From the NCBI GenBank assembly GCA_964016885.1, contig OZ024740.1, positions 25,606,001 to 25,670,000 of the forward strand: 64,000 bases of DNA. Reading direction: 5' to 3'. The position numbers and the translations under genes were made by a program. The stretch comes from Eledone cirrhosa. Its lineage: Eukaryota. Under the pieces are notes generated by a model that was not told where the DNA came from, searched no databases, and saw only the letters and a list, made by a program, of their open reading frames with translations. This document shows, piece after piece, positions 11,801-25,700 of the stretch. Positions within the stretch are counted from its first letter, which is position 1. Each line of letters starts with the position of its first letter.

Positions 11801-14800
11801 AGTTATTTCTATTGTAGTTGTAGTTACTTCTATTGTAGTTGTAGTTATTTCTATTGTAGTTGTAGTTACTTTATTGTAGTTGTAGTTACTTCTCTTGTAG
11901 TTGTAGTTACTTCTATTGTAGTTGTAGTTACTTCTCTTTTAGTTGTAGATACTTCTGTTGTAGATACATCTATTGTAGTTGTAGGTACTTCTATTGTAGT
12001 TGTAGTTACTTCTATTGTAGTTGTAGTTACTTCTATTGTAGTTGTAGTTACTTCTATTGTAGCTGTAGTTACTTCTATTGTAGTTGTAGTTATTTCTATT
12101 GTAGTTGTAGTTACTTTATTGTAGTTGTAGTTACTTCTCTTGTAGTTGTAGTTACTTCTATTGTAGTTGTAGTTACTTCTCTTTTAGTTGTAGATACTTC
12201 TGTTGTAGATACATCTATTGTAGTTGTAGGTACTTCTATTGTAGTTGTAGTTACTTCTATTGTAGTTGTAGTTACTTTATTGTAGTTGTAGTTACTTGTA
12301 TTGTAGTTGTAGTTACTTCTATTGTAGTTGTAGTTACTACTATTGTAGTTGTAGTTACTTCTATTGTAGTTGTAGTTTGTTCTATTGTAGTTGTAGTTAC
12401 TTCTATCGTAGGTGTAGTTACTTCTATTGTAGTTGTAGTTACTTCTATTGTAGTTGTAGATACTTCTATTGTAGTTGTAGTTACTTCTATTGTAGTTGTA
12501 GATACTTCTATTGTAGTTGTAGATACTTCTATTGTAGATGTAGATACTTCTATTATAGTTGTAGTTACTTCTATTGTAGTTGTAGATACTTCTATTGCAA
12601 TTGTAGTTACTTCTATTGTAGTTGTAGTTACTTCTATTGTAGTTGTAGTTACTTCTCTTGTAGTTGTAGTTACTTCTCTTGTAGGTGTAGTTACTTCTAT
12701 TGTAGTTGTAGTTACTTCTATTGTAGTTGTAGTTATTTCTATTGTAGTTGTAGTTACTTCTATTGTAGTTGTAGTTACTTCTATTGTAGTTGTAGTTACT
12801 TCTATTGTAGTTGTAGTTATTTCTATTGTAGTTGTAGTTACTTCTATTGTAGTTGTAGTTACTTCTATTGAATTTGTAGTTACTTCTATTGTAGTTGTAG
12901 TTACTTCTCTTGTAGTTGTAGTTACTTCTATTGTAGTTGTAGTTACTTCTCTTTTAGTTGTAGATACTTCTGTTGTAGATACATCTATTGTAGTTGTAGG
13001 TACTTCTATTGTAGTTGTAGTTACTTCTATTGTAGTTGTAGTTACTTCTATTGTAGTTGTAGTTACTTCTATTGTAGCTGTAGTTACTTCTATTGTAGTT
13101 GTAGTTATTTCTATTGTAGTTGTAGTTACTTTATTGTAGTTGTAGTTACTTCTCTTGTAGTTGTAGTTACTTCTATTGTAGTTGTAGTTACTTCTCTTTT
13201 AGTTGTAGATACTTCTGTTGTAGATACATCTATTGTAGTTGTAGGTACTTCTATTGTAGTTGTAGTTATTTCTATTGTAGTTGTAGTTACTTCTATTGTA
13301 GTTGTAGTTATTTCTATTGTAGTTCTAGTTACTTCTATTGTAGTTGTAGTTACTTCTATTGAATTTGTAGTTACTTCTATTGTAGTTGTAGTTACTTCTC
13401 TTGTAGTTGTAGTTACTTCTATTGTAGTTGTAGTTACTTCTCTTTTAGTTGTAGATATTTCTGTTGTAGATACATCTATTGTAGTTGTAGGTACTTCTAT
13501 TGTAGTTGTAGTTACTTCTATTGTAGTTGTAGTTACTTCTATTGTAGTTGTAGTTACTTCTATTGTAGCTGTAGTTACTTCTATTGTAGTTGTAGTTATT
13601 TCTATTGTAGTTGTAGTTACTTTATTGTAGTTGTAGTTACTTCTCTTGTAGGTGTAGTTACTTCTATTGTAGTTGTAGTTACTTCTCTTTTAGTTGTAGA
13701 TACTTCTGTTGTAGATACATCTATTGTAGTTGTAGGTACTTCTATTGTAGTTGTAGTTACTTCTATTGTAGTTGTAGTTACTTTATTGTAGTTGTAGTTA
13801 CTTGTATTGTAGTTGTAGTTACTTCTATTGTAGTTGTAGTTACTACTATTGTAGTTGTAGTTACTTCTATTGTAGTTGTAGTTTGTTCTATTGTAGTTGT
13901 AGTTACTTCTATCGTAGGTGTAGTTACTTCTATTGTAGTTGTAGTTACTTCTATTGTAGTTGTAGTTATTTCTATTGTAGTTGTAGTTACTTCTATTGTA
14001 GTTGTAGTTACTTCTATTGAATTTGTAGTTACTTCTATTGTAGTTGTAGTTACTTCTCTTGTAGTTGTAGTTACTTCTATTGTAGTTGTAGTTACTTCTC
14101 TTTTAGTTGTAGATACTTCTGTTGTAGATACATCTATTGTAGTTGTAGGTACTTCTATTGTAGTTGTAGTTACTTCTATTGTAGTTGTAGTTACTTCTAT
14201 TGTAGTTGTAGTTACTTCTATTGTAGCTGTAGTTACTTCTATTGTAGTTGTAGTTATTTCTATTGTAGTTGTAGTTACTTTATTGTAGTTGTAGTTACTT
14301 CTCTTGTAGTTGTAGTTACTTCTATTGTAGTTGTAGTTACTTCTCTTTTAGTTGTAGATACTTCTGTTGTAGATACATCTATTGTAGTTGTAGGTACTTC
14401 TATTGTAGTTGTAGTTATTTCTATTGTAGTTGTAGTTACTTCTATTGTAGTTGTAGTTATTTCTATTGTAGTTGTAGTTACTTCTATTGTAGTTGTAGTT
14501 ACTTCTATTGAATTTGTAGTTACTTCTATTGTAGTTGTAGTTACTTCTCTTGTAGTTGTAGTTACTTCTATTGTAGTTGTAGTTACTTCTCTTTTAGTTG
14601 TAGATATTTCTGTTGTAGATACATCTATTGTAGTTGTAGGTACATCTATTGTAGTTGTAGTTACTTCTATTGTAGTTGTAGTTACTTCTATTGTAGTTGT
14701 AGTTACTTCTATTGTAGCTGTAGTTACTTCTATTGTAGTTGTAGTTATTTCTATTGTAGTTGTAGTTACTTTATTGTAGTTGTAGTTACTTCTCTTGTAG

Positions 14801-17800
14801 GTGTAGTTACTTCTATTGTAGTCGTAGTTACTTCTCTTTTAGTTGTAGATACTTCTGTTGTAGATACATCTATTGTAGTTGTAGGTACTTCTATTGTAGT
14901 TGTAGTTACTTCTATTGTAGTTGTAGTTACTTTATTGTAGTTGTAGTTACTTGTATTGTAGTTGTAGTTACTTCTATTGTAGTTGTAGTTACTACTATTG
15001 TAGTTGTAGTTACTTCTATTGTAGTTGTAGTTTGTTCTATTGTAGTTGTAGTTACTTCTATCGTAGGTGTAGTTACTTCTATTGTAGTTGTAGTTACTTC
15101 TATTGTAGTTGTAGATACTTCTATTGTAGTTGTAGATACTTCTATTGTAGATGTAGATACTTCTATTATAGTTGTAGTTACTTCTATTGTAGTTGTAGAT
15201 ACTTCTATTGCAATTGTAGTTACTTCTATTGTAGTTGTAGTTACTTCTATTGTAGTTGTAGTTATTTCTATTGTAGTTGTAGATACTCCTATTGTAGTTG
15301 TAGATACTTCTATTGTAGATGTAGATACTTCTATTGTAGTTGTAGAAGCTTCTATTGTAGATGTTGTTACTCCTATTGTAGTTGTAGTTACTTCTATTGT
15401 AGTTGTAGTTACTTCTATTGTAGTTGTAGTTACTTCTATTGTATTTGTAGTTACTTCTATTGTAGTTGTAGTTACTTCTATTGTATTTGTAGTTACTTCT
15501 ATTGTAGTTGTAGTTACTTCTATTGTAGTTGTAGTTACTTCTATTGTAGCTGTAGTTACTTCTATTGTAGTTGTAGTTATTTCTATTGTAGTTGTAGTTA
15601 CTTCTATTGTAGTTGTAGTTATTTCTATTGTAGTTGTAGTTACTTTATTGTAGTTGTAGTTACTTCTCTTGTAGTTGTAGTTACTTCTATTGTAGTTGTA
15701 GTTACTTCTCTTTTAGTTGTAGATACTTCTGTTGTAGATACATCTATTGTAGTTGTAGGTACTTCTATTGTAGTTGTAGTTACTTCTATTGTAGTTGTAG
15801 TTACTTCTATTGTAGTTGTAGTTACTTCTATTGTAGCTGTAGTTACTTCTATTGTAGTTGTAGTTATTTCTATTGTAGTTGTAGTTACTTTATTGTAGTT
15901 GTAGTTACTTCTCTTGTAGTTGTAGTTACTTCTATTGTAGTTGTAGTTACTTCTCTTTTAGTTGTAGATACTTCTGTTGTAGATACATCTATTGTAGTTG
16001 TAGGTACTTCTATTGTAGTTGTAGTTACTTCTATTGTAGTTGTAGTTACTTTATTGTAGTTGTAGTTACTTGTATTGTAGTTGTAGTTACTTCTATTGTA
16101 GTTGTAGTTACTACTATTGTAGTTGTAGTTACTTCTATTGTAGTTGTAGTTTGTTCTATTGTAGTTGTAGTTACTTCTATCGTAGGTGTAGTTACTTCTA
16201 TTGTAGTTGTAGTTACTTCTATTGTAGTTGTAGATACTTCTATTGTAGTTGTAATTACTTCTATTGTAGTTGTAGTTACTTCTATTGTAGTTGTAGATAC
16301 TCCTATTGTAGTTGTAGATACTTCTATTGTTGTTGTAGTTACTTCTATTGTAGTTGTAGTTACTTCTATTGTAGTTGTAGTTACTTCTATTGTAGTTGTA
16401 GTTACTTCTATTGTAGTTGTAGTTATTTCTATTGTAGTTGTAGTTAATTCTATTGTAGTTGTAGTTATTTCTATTGTAGTTGTAGATACTCCTATTGTAG
16501 TTGTAGATACATCTATTGTAGATGTAGATACTTCTATTGTAGTTGTAGAAGCTTCTATTGTAGATGTTGTTACTCCTATTGTAGTTGTAGTTACTTCTAT
16601 TGTAGTTGTAGTTACTTCTATTGTAGTTGTAGTTACTTCTATTGTAGTTGTAGTTACTTCTATTGTAGTTGTAGATACCCCCATTGTAGTTGTAGTTACT
16701 TCAATTGTAGTTGTAGATACTTCTATTGTAGTTGTAGTTATTTCTATTGTAGTTGTAGTTACTTCTATTGTAGTTGTAGTTACTTTATTGTAGTTGTAGT
16801 TACTTGTATTGTAGTTGTAGTTACTTCTATTGTAGTTGTAGTTACTACTATTGTAGTTGTAGTTACTTCTATTGTAGTTGTAGTTTGTTCTATTGTAGTT
16901 GTAGTTACTTCTATCGTAGGTGTAGTTACTTCTATTGTAGTTGTAGTTACTTCTATTGTAGTTGTAGATACTTCTATTGTAGTTGTAGATACTTCTATTG
17001 TAGATGTAGATACTTCTATTATAGTTGTAGTTACTTCTATTGTAGTTGTAGATACTTCTATTGCAATTGTAGTTACTTCTATTGTAGTTGTAGTTACTTC
17101 TATTGTAGTTGTAGTTACTTCTATTGTAGTTGTAATTACTTCTATTGTAGTTGTAGTTACTTCTATTGTAGTTGTAGATACTCCTATTGTAGTTGTAGAT
17201 ACTTCTATTGTTGTTGTAGTTACTTCTATTGTAGTTGTAGTTACTTCTATTGTAGTTGTAGTTATTTCTATTGTAGTTGTAGTTACTTCTATTGTAGTTG
17301 TAGTTATTTCTATTGTAGTTGTAGATACTCCTATTGTAGTTGTAGATACTTCTATTGTAGATGTAGATACTTCTATTGTAGTTGTAGAAGCTTCTATTGT
17401 AGATGTTGTTACTCCTATTGTAGTTGTAGTTACTTCTATTGTAGTTGTAGTTACTTCTATTGTAGTTGTAGTTACTTCTATTGTATTTGTAGTTACTTCT
17501 ATTGTAGTTGTAGTTACTTCTATTGTAGTTGTAGTTACTTCTATTGTAGCTGTAGTTACTTCTATTGTAGTTGTAGTTATTTCTATTGTAGTTGTAGTTA
17601 CTTCTATTGTAGTTGTAGTTATTTCTATTGTAGTTGTAGTTACTTTATTGTAGTTGTAGTTACTTCTCTTGTAGTTGTAGTTACTTCTATTGTAGTTGTA
17701 GTTACTTCTCTTTTAGTTGTAGATACTTCTGTTGTAGATACATCTATTGTAGTTGTAGGTACTTCTATTGTAGTTGTAGTTACTTCTATTGTAGTTGTAG

Positions 17801-19723
17801 TTACTTCTATTGTAGTTGTAGTTACTTCTATTGTAGCTGTAGTTACTTCTATTGTAGTTGTAGTTATTTCTATTGTAGTTGTAGTTACTTTATTGTAGTT
17901 GTAGTTACTTCTCTTGTAGTTGTAGTTACTTCTATTGTAGTTGTAGTTACTTCTCTTTTAGTTGTAGATACTTCTGTTGTAGATACATCTATTGTAGTTG
18001 TAGGTACTTCTATTGTAGTTGTAGTTACTTCTATTGTAGTTGTAGTTACTTTATTGTAGTTGTAGTTACTTGTATTGTAGTTGTAGTTACTTCTATTGTA
18101 GTTGTAGTTACTACTATTGTAGTTGTAGTTACTTCTATTGTAGTTGTAGTTTGTTCTATTGTAGTTGTAGTTACTTCTATCGTAGGTGTAGTTACTTCTA
18201 TTGTAGTTGTAGTTACTTCTATTGTAGTTGTAGATACTTCTATTGTAGTTGTAGTTACTTCTATTGTAGTTGTAGATACTTCTATTGTAGTTGTAGATAC
18301 TTCTATTGTAGATGTAGATACTTCTATTATAGTTGTAGTTACTTCTATTGTAGTTGTAGATACTTCTATTGCAATTGTAGTTACTTCTATTGTAGTTGTA
18401 GTTACTTCTATTGTAGTTGTAGTTACTTCTATTGTAGTTGTAATTACTTCTATTGTAGTTGTAGTTACTTCTATTGTAGTTGTAGATACTCCTATTGTAG
18501 TTGTAGATACTTCTATTGTTGTTGTAGTTACTTCTATTGTAGTTGTAGTTACTTCTATTGTAGTTGTAGTTACTTCTATTGTAGTTGTAGTTACTTCTAT
18601 TGTAGTTGTAGTTATTTCTATTGTAGTTGTAGTTAATTCTATTGTAGTTGTAGTTATTTCTATTGTAGTTGTAGATACTCCTATTGTAGTTGTAGATACA
18701 TCTATTGTAGATGTAGATACTTCTATTGTAGTTGTAGAAGCTTCTATTGTAGATGTTGTTACTCCTATTGTAGTTGTAGTTACTTCTATTGTAGTTGTAG
18801 TTACTTCTATTGTAGTTGTAGTTACTTCTATTGTAGTTGTAGTTACTTCTATTGTAGTTGTAGATACCCCCATTGTAGTTGTAGTTACTTCAATTGTAGT
18901 TGTAGATACTTCTATTGTAGTTGTAGTTATTTCTATTGTAGTTGTAGTTACTTCTATTGTAGTTGTAGTTACTTCTATTGTAGTTGTAGTTACTTCTATT
19001 GTAGTTGTAGTTATTTCTATTGTAGTTGTAGTTACTTCTATTGTAGTTGTAGTTACTTCTATTGTAGTTGTAGTTACTTCTATTGTAGATGTAGTTACTT
19101 CTATTGTAGTTGTAGTTACTTCTATTGTAGTTGTAGTTATTTCTATTGTAGTTGTAGTTACTTCTATTGTAGTTGTAGTTACTTCTATTGTAGTTGTAGT
19201 TACTTCTATTGTAGTTGTAGTTACTTCTATTGTAGTTGTAGATACTTCTATTGTAGTTGTAGTTACTCCTATTGTAGTTGTAGTTACTTATATTGTAGTT
19301 GTAGTTACTCTATTGTAGTTGTAGTTACTTCTATTGTAGTTGAAGTTACTTTATTGTAGTTGTAGTTACTTCTATTGTAGTTGTAGATACTTCTATTGTA
19401 GTTGTAGTTACTTCTATTGTAGTTGTAGTTACTTCTATTGTAGTTGTAGATACTTCTATTGTAGTTGTAGTTACTTCTATTGTAGTTGTAGTTACTTCTA
19501 TTGTAGTTGTAGTTACTTCTATTGTAGTTGTAGTTACTTCTATTGTAGTTGTAGTTACTTTATTGTAGTTGTAGTTACTTCTATTGTAGTTGTAGTTACT
19601 TCTATTGTAGTTGTAGATACTTCTATTGTAGTTGTAGTTACTTTATTGTAGTTGTAGTTACTTCTATTGTAGTTGAAGTTACTTTATTGTAGTTGTAGTT
19701 ACTTCTATTGTAGTTGTAGATAC

Positions 19724-22700
19724 TTCTATTGTAGTTGTAGTTACTTCTATTGTAGTTGTAGTTACTTCTATTGTAGTTGTAGATACTTCTATTGTAGTTG
19801 TAGTTACTTCTATTGTAGTTGTAGTTACTTCTATTGTAGTTGTAGTTACTTCTATTGTAGTTGTAGTTACTTCTATTGTAGTTGTAGTTTGTTCTATTGC
19901 AGTTGTAGTTACTTCTATCGTAGGTGTAGTTACTTCTATTGTAGTTGTAGTTACTTCTATTGTAGTTGTAGATACTTCTCTTGTAGTTGTAGTTACTTCT
20001 ATTGTACTTGTAGATACTTCTATTGTAGTTGTAGATATTTCTGTTGTAGTTACTTCTATTGTAGGTGTAGTTACTTCAATTGTAGTTGTAGTTACTTCTA
20101 TTGTAGTGGTAGTTACTTCTCTTGTAGTTGTAGTTACTTCTATTGTACTTGTAGATACTTCTATTGTAGTTGTAGATATTTCTGTTGTAGTTACTTCTAT
20201 TGTAGGTGTAGTTACTTCAATTGTAGTTGTAGTTACTTCTATTGTAGTTGTAGTTACTTCTATTGTAGTTGTAGTTACTTTATTGTAGTTGTAGTTACTT
20301 CTATTGTAGTTGAAGTTACTTTATTGTAGTTGTAGTTACTTCTATTGTAGTTGTAGATACTTCTATTGTAGTTGTAGTTACTTCTATTGTAGTTGTAGTT
20401 ACTTCTATTGTAGTTGTAGATACTTCTATTGTAGTTGTAGTTACCTCTATTGTAGTTGTAGTTACTTCTATTGTAGTTGTAGTTACTTCTATTGTAGTTG
20501 TAGTTACTTCTATTGTAGTTGTAGTTACTTTATTGTAGTTGTAGTTACTTCTATTGTAGTTGTAGTTACTTCTATTGTAGTTGTAGTTACTTCTATTGTA
20601 GTTGTAGTTACTTTATTGTAGTTGTAGTTACTTCTATTGTAGTTGTAGATACTTCTATTGTAGTTGTAGGTACTTCTATTGTAGTTGTAGTTACTTCTAT
20701 TGTAGTTGTAGTTACTTCTATTGTAGTTGTAGTTACTTCTATTGTAGTTGTAGTTACTTTATTGTAGTTGTAGATACTTCTATTGTAGTTGTAGATACTT
20801 CTATTGTAGTTGTAGTTACTTCTATTGTAGTTGTAGTTACTTCTATTGTAGTTGTAGTTACTTCTATTGTAGTTGTAGTTACTTCTATTGTAGTTGTTGT
20901 TACTTCTATTGTAGTTGTAGTTATTTCTATTGTAGTTGTAGTTACTTCTATTGTAGTTGTAGTTACTTCTATTGTATTTGTAGTTACTTCTATTGTAGTT
21001 GTAGTTACTTCTATTGTAGTTGTAGTTACTTCTATTGTAGCTGTAGTTACTTCTATTGTAGTTGTAGTTATTTCTATTGTAGTTGTAGTTACTTCTATTG
21101 TAGTTGTAGTTATTTCTATTGTAGTTGTAGTTACTTTATTGTAGTTGTAGTTACTTCTCTTGTAGTTGTAGTTACTTCTATTGTAGTTGTAGTTACTTCT
21201 CTTTTAGTTGTAGATACTTCTGTTGTAGATACATCTATTGTAGTTGTAGGTACTTCTATTGTAGTTGTAGTTACTTCTATTGTAGTTGTAGTTACTTCTA
21301 TTGTAGTTGTAGTTACTTCTATTGTAGCTGTAGTTACTTCTATTGTAGTTGTAGTTATTTCTATTGTAGTTGTAGTTACTTTATTGTAGTTGTAGTTACT
21401 TCTCTTGTAGTTGTAGTTACTTCTATTGTAGTTGTAGTTACTTCTCTTTTAGTTGTAGATACTTCTGTTGTAGATACATCTATTGTAGTTGTAGGTACTT
21501 CTATTGTAGTTGTAGTTACTTCTATTGTAGTTGTAGTTACTTTATTGTAGTTGTAGTTACTTGTATTGTAGTTGTAGTTACTTCTATTGTAGTTGTAGTT
21601 ACTACTATTGTAGTTGTAGTTACTTCTATTGTAGTTGTAGTTTGTTCTATTGTAGTTGTAGTTACTTCTATCGTAGGTGTAGTTACTTCTATTGTAGTTG
21701 TAGTTACTTCTATTGTAGTTGTAGATACTTCTATTGTAGTTGTAGTTACTTCTATTGTAGTTGTAGATACTTCTATTGTAGTTGTAGATACTTCTATTGT
21801 AGATGTAGATACTTCTATTATAGTTGTAGTTACTTCTATTGTAGTTGTAGATACTTCTATTGTAGTTGTAGTTATTTCTATTGTAGTTGTAGTTACTTTA
21901 TTGTAGTTGTAGTTACTTCTCTTGTAGTTGTAGTTACTTCTATTGTAGTTGTAGTTACTTCTCTTTTAGTTGTAGATACTTCTGTTGTAGATACATCTAT
22001 TGTAGTTGTAGGTACTTCTATTGTAGTTGTAGTTACTTCTATTGTAGTTGTAGTTACTTTATTGTAGTTGTAGTTACTTGTATTGTAGTTGTAGTTACTT
22101 CTATTGTAGTTGTAGTTACTACTATTGTAGTTGTAGTTACTTCTATTGTAGTTGTAGTTTGTTCTATTGTAGTTGTAGTTACTTCTATCGTAGGTGTAGT
22201 TACTTCTATTGTAGTTGTAGTTACTTCTATTGTAGTTGTAGATACTTCTATTGTAGTTGTAGTTACTTCTATTGTAGTTGTAGATACTTCTATTGTAGTT
22301 GTAGATACTTCTATTGTAGATGTAGATACTTCTATTATAGTTGTAGTTACTTCTATTGTAGTTGTAGATACTTCTATTGCAATTGTAGTTACTTCTATTG
22401 TAGTTGTAGTTACTTCTATTGTAGTTGTAGTTACTTTATTGTAGTTGTAGTTACTTCTCTTGTAGTTGTAGTTACTTCTCTTGTAGTTGTAGTTACTTCT
22501 ATTGTAGTTGTAGTTACTTCTATTGTAGTTGTAGTTATTTCTTTTGTAGTTGTAGTTACTTCTATTGTAGTTGTAGTTACTTCTATTGTAGTTGTAGTTA
22601 CTTCTATTGTAGTTGTAGTTATTTCTATTGTAGTTGTAGTTACTTCTATTGTAGTTGTAGTTACTTCTATTGTATTTGTAGTTACTTCTATTGTAGTTGT

Positions 22701-25700
22701 AGTTACTTCTATTGTAGTTGTAGTTACTTCTATTGTAGCTGTAGTTACTTCTATTGTAGTTGTAGTTATTTCTATTGTAGTTGTAGTTACTTCTATTGTA
22801 GTTGTAGTTATTTCTATTGTAGTTGTAGTTACTTTATTGTAGTTGTAGTTACTTCTCTTGTAGTTGTAGTTACTTCTATTGTAGTTGTAGTTACTTCTCT
22901 TTTAGTTGTAGATACTTCTGTTGTAGATACATCTATTGTAGTTGTAGGTACTTCTATTGTAGTTGTAGTTACTTCTATTGTAGTTGTAGTTACTTCTATT
23001 GTAGTTGTAGTTACTTCTATTGTAGCTGTAGTTACTTCTATTGTAGTTGTAGTTATTTCTATTGTAGTTGTAGTTACTTTATTGTAGTTGTAGTTACTTC
23101 TCTTGTAGTTGTAGTTACTTCTATTGTAGTTGTAGTTACTTCTCTTTTAGTTGTAGATACTTCTGTTGTAGATACATCTATTGTAGTTGTAGGTACTTCT
23201 ATTGTAGTTGTAGTTACTTCTATTGTAGTTGTAGTTACTTTATTGTAGTTGTAGTTACTTGTATTGTAGTTGTAGTTACTTCTATTGTAGTTGTAGTTAC
23301 TACTATTGTAGTTGTAGTTACTTCTATTGTAGTTGTAGTTTGTTCTATTGTAGTTGTAGTTACTTCTATCGTAGGTGTAGTTACTTCTATTGTAGTTGTA
23401 GTTACTTCTATTGTAGTTGTAGATACTTCTATTGTAGTTGTAGTTACTTCTATTGTAGTTGTAGATACTTCTATTGTAGTTGTAGATACTTCTATTGTAG
23501 ATGTAGATACTTCTATTATAGTTGTAGTTACTTCTATTGTAGTTGTAGATACTTCTATTGCAATTGTAGTTACTTCTATTGTAGTTGTAGTTACTTCTAT
23601 TGTAGTTGTAGTTACTTTATTGTAGTTGTAGTTACTTCTCTTGTAGTTGTAGTTACTTCTCTTGTAGTTGTAGTTACTTCTATTGTAGTTGTAGTTACTT
23701 CTATTGTAGTTGTAGTTATTTCTATTGTAGTTGTAGTTACTTCTATTGTAGTTGTAGTTACTTCTATTGTAGTTGTAGTTACTTCTATTGTAGTTGTAGT
23801 TATTTCTATTGTAGTTGTAGTTACTTCTATTGTAGTTGTAGTTACTTCTATTGTATTTGTAGTTACTTCTATTGTAGTTGTAGTTACTTCTATTGTAGTT
23901 GTAGTTACTTCTATTGTAGCTGTAGTTACTTCTATTGTAGTTGTAGTTATTTCTATTGTAGTTGTAGTTACTTCTATTGTAGTTGTAGTTATTTCTATTG
24001 TAGTTGTAGTTACTTTATTGTAGTTGTAGTTACTTCTCTTGTAGTTGTAGTTACTTCTATTGTAGTTGTAGTTACTTCTCTTTTAGTTGTAGATACTTCT
24101 GTTGTAGATACATCTATTGTAGTTGTAGGTACTTCTATTGTAGTTGTAGTTACTTCTATTGTAGTTGTAGTTACTTCTATTGTAGTTGTAGTTACTTCTA
24201 TTGTAGCTGTAGTTACTTCTATTGTAGTTGTAGTTATTTCTATTGTAGTTGTAGTTACTTTATTGTAGTTGTAGTTACTTCTCTTGTAGTTGTAGTTACT
24301 TCTATTGTAGTTGTAGTTACTTCTCTTTTAGTTGTAGATACTTCTGTTGTAGATACATCTATTGTAGTTGTAGGTACTTCTATTGTAGTTGTAGTTACTT
24401 CTATTGTAGTTGTAGTTACTTTATTGTAGTTGTAGTTACTTGTATTGTAGTTGTAGTTACTTCTATTGTAGTTGTAGTTACTACTATTGTAGTTGTAGTT
24501 ACTTCTATTGTAGTTGTAGTTTGTTCTATTGTAGTTGTAGTTACTTCTATCGTAGGTGTAGTTACTTCTATTGTAGTTGTAGTTACTTCTATTGTAGTTG
24601 TAGATACTTCTATTGTAGTTGTAGTTACTTCTATTGTAGTTGTAGATACTTCTATTGTAGTTGTAGATACTTCTATTGTAGATGTAGATACTTCTATTAT
24701 AGTTGTAGTTACTTCTATTGTAGTTGTAGATACTTCTATTGCAATTGTAGTTACTTCTATTGTAGTTGTAGTTACTTCTATTGTAGTTGTAGTTACTTTA
24801 TTGTAGTTGTAGTTACTTCTCTTGTAGTTGTAGTTACTTCTCTTGTAGTTGTAGTTACTTCTATTGTAGTTGTAGTTACTTCTATTGTAGTTGTAGTTAT
24901 TTCTATTGTAGTTGTAGTTACTTCTATTGTAGTTGTAGTTACTTCTATTGTAGTTGTAGTTACTTCTATTGTAGTTGTAGTTATTTCTATTGTAGTTGTA
25001 GTTACTTCTATTGTAGTTGTAGTTACTTCTATTGAATTTGTAGTTACTTCTATTGTAGTTGTAGTTACTTCTCTTGTAGTTGTAGTTACTTCTATTGTAG
25101 TTGTAGTTACTTCTCTTTTAGTTGTAGATACTTCTGTTGTAGATACATCTATTGTAGTTGTAGGTACTTCTATTGTAGTTGTAGTTACTTCTATTGTAGT
25201 TGTAGTTACTTCTATTGTAGTTGTAGTTACTTCTATTGTAGCTGTAGTTACCTCTATTGTAGTTGTAGTTATTTCTATTGTAGTTGTAGTTACTTTATTG
25301 TAGTTGTAGTTACTTCTCTTGTAGTTGTAGTTACTTCTATTGTAGTTGTAGTTACTTCTCTTTTAGTTGTAGATACTTCTGTTGTAGATACATCTATTGT
25401 AGTTGTAGGTACTTCTATTGTAGTTGTAGTTATTTCTGTTGTAGTTGTAGTTACTTCTATTGTAGTTGTAGTTATTTCTATTGTAGTTGTAGTTACTTCT
25501 ATTGTAGTTGTAGTTACTTCTATTGAATTTGTAGTTACTTCTATTGTAGTTGTAGTTACTTCTCTTGTAGTTGTAGTTACTTCTATTGTAGTTGTAGTTA
25601 CTTCTATTGTAGTTGTAGTTACTTCTATTGTAGCTGTAGTTACTTCTATTGTAGTTGTAGTTATTTCTATTGTAGTTGTAGTTACTTTATTGTAGTTGTA

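Larger units (their letters stand above)
2910..14856. repeat. Tandem duplication of a 5,965-bp block (2910-8874 / 8875-14856)
   Basis: Identical ORFs recur at constant offset 5965 (3775/9740, 4243/10208, 5089/11054, 5485/11450, 6331/12296, 7837/13802). Rare markers recur at the same offset (GTCGT ~8856/14821; GTTCTAG ~7357/13322). Confidence 0.95.
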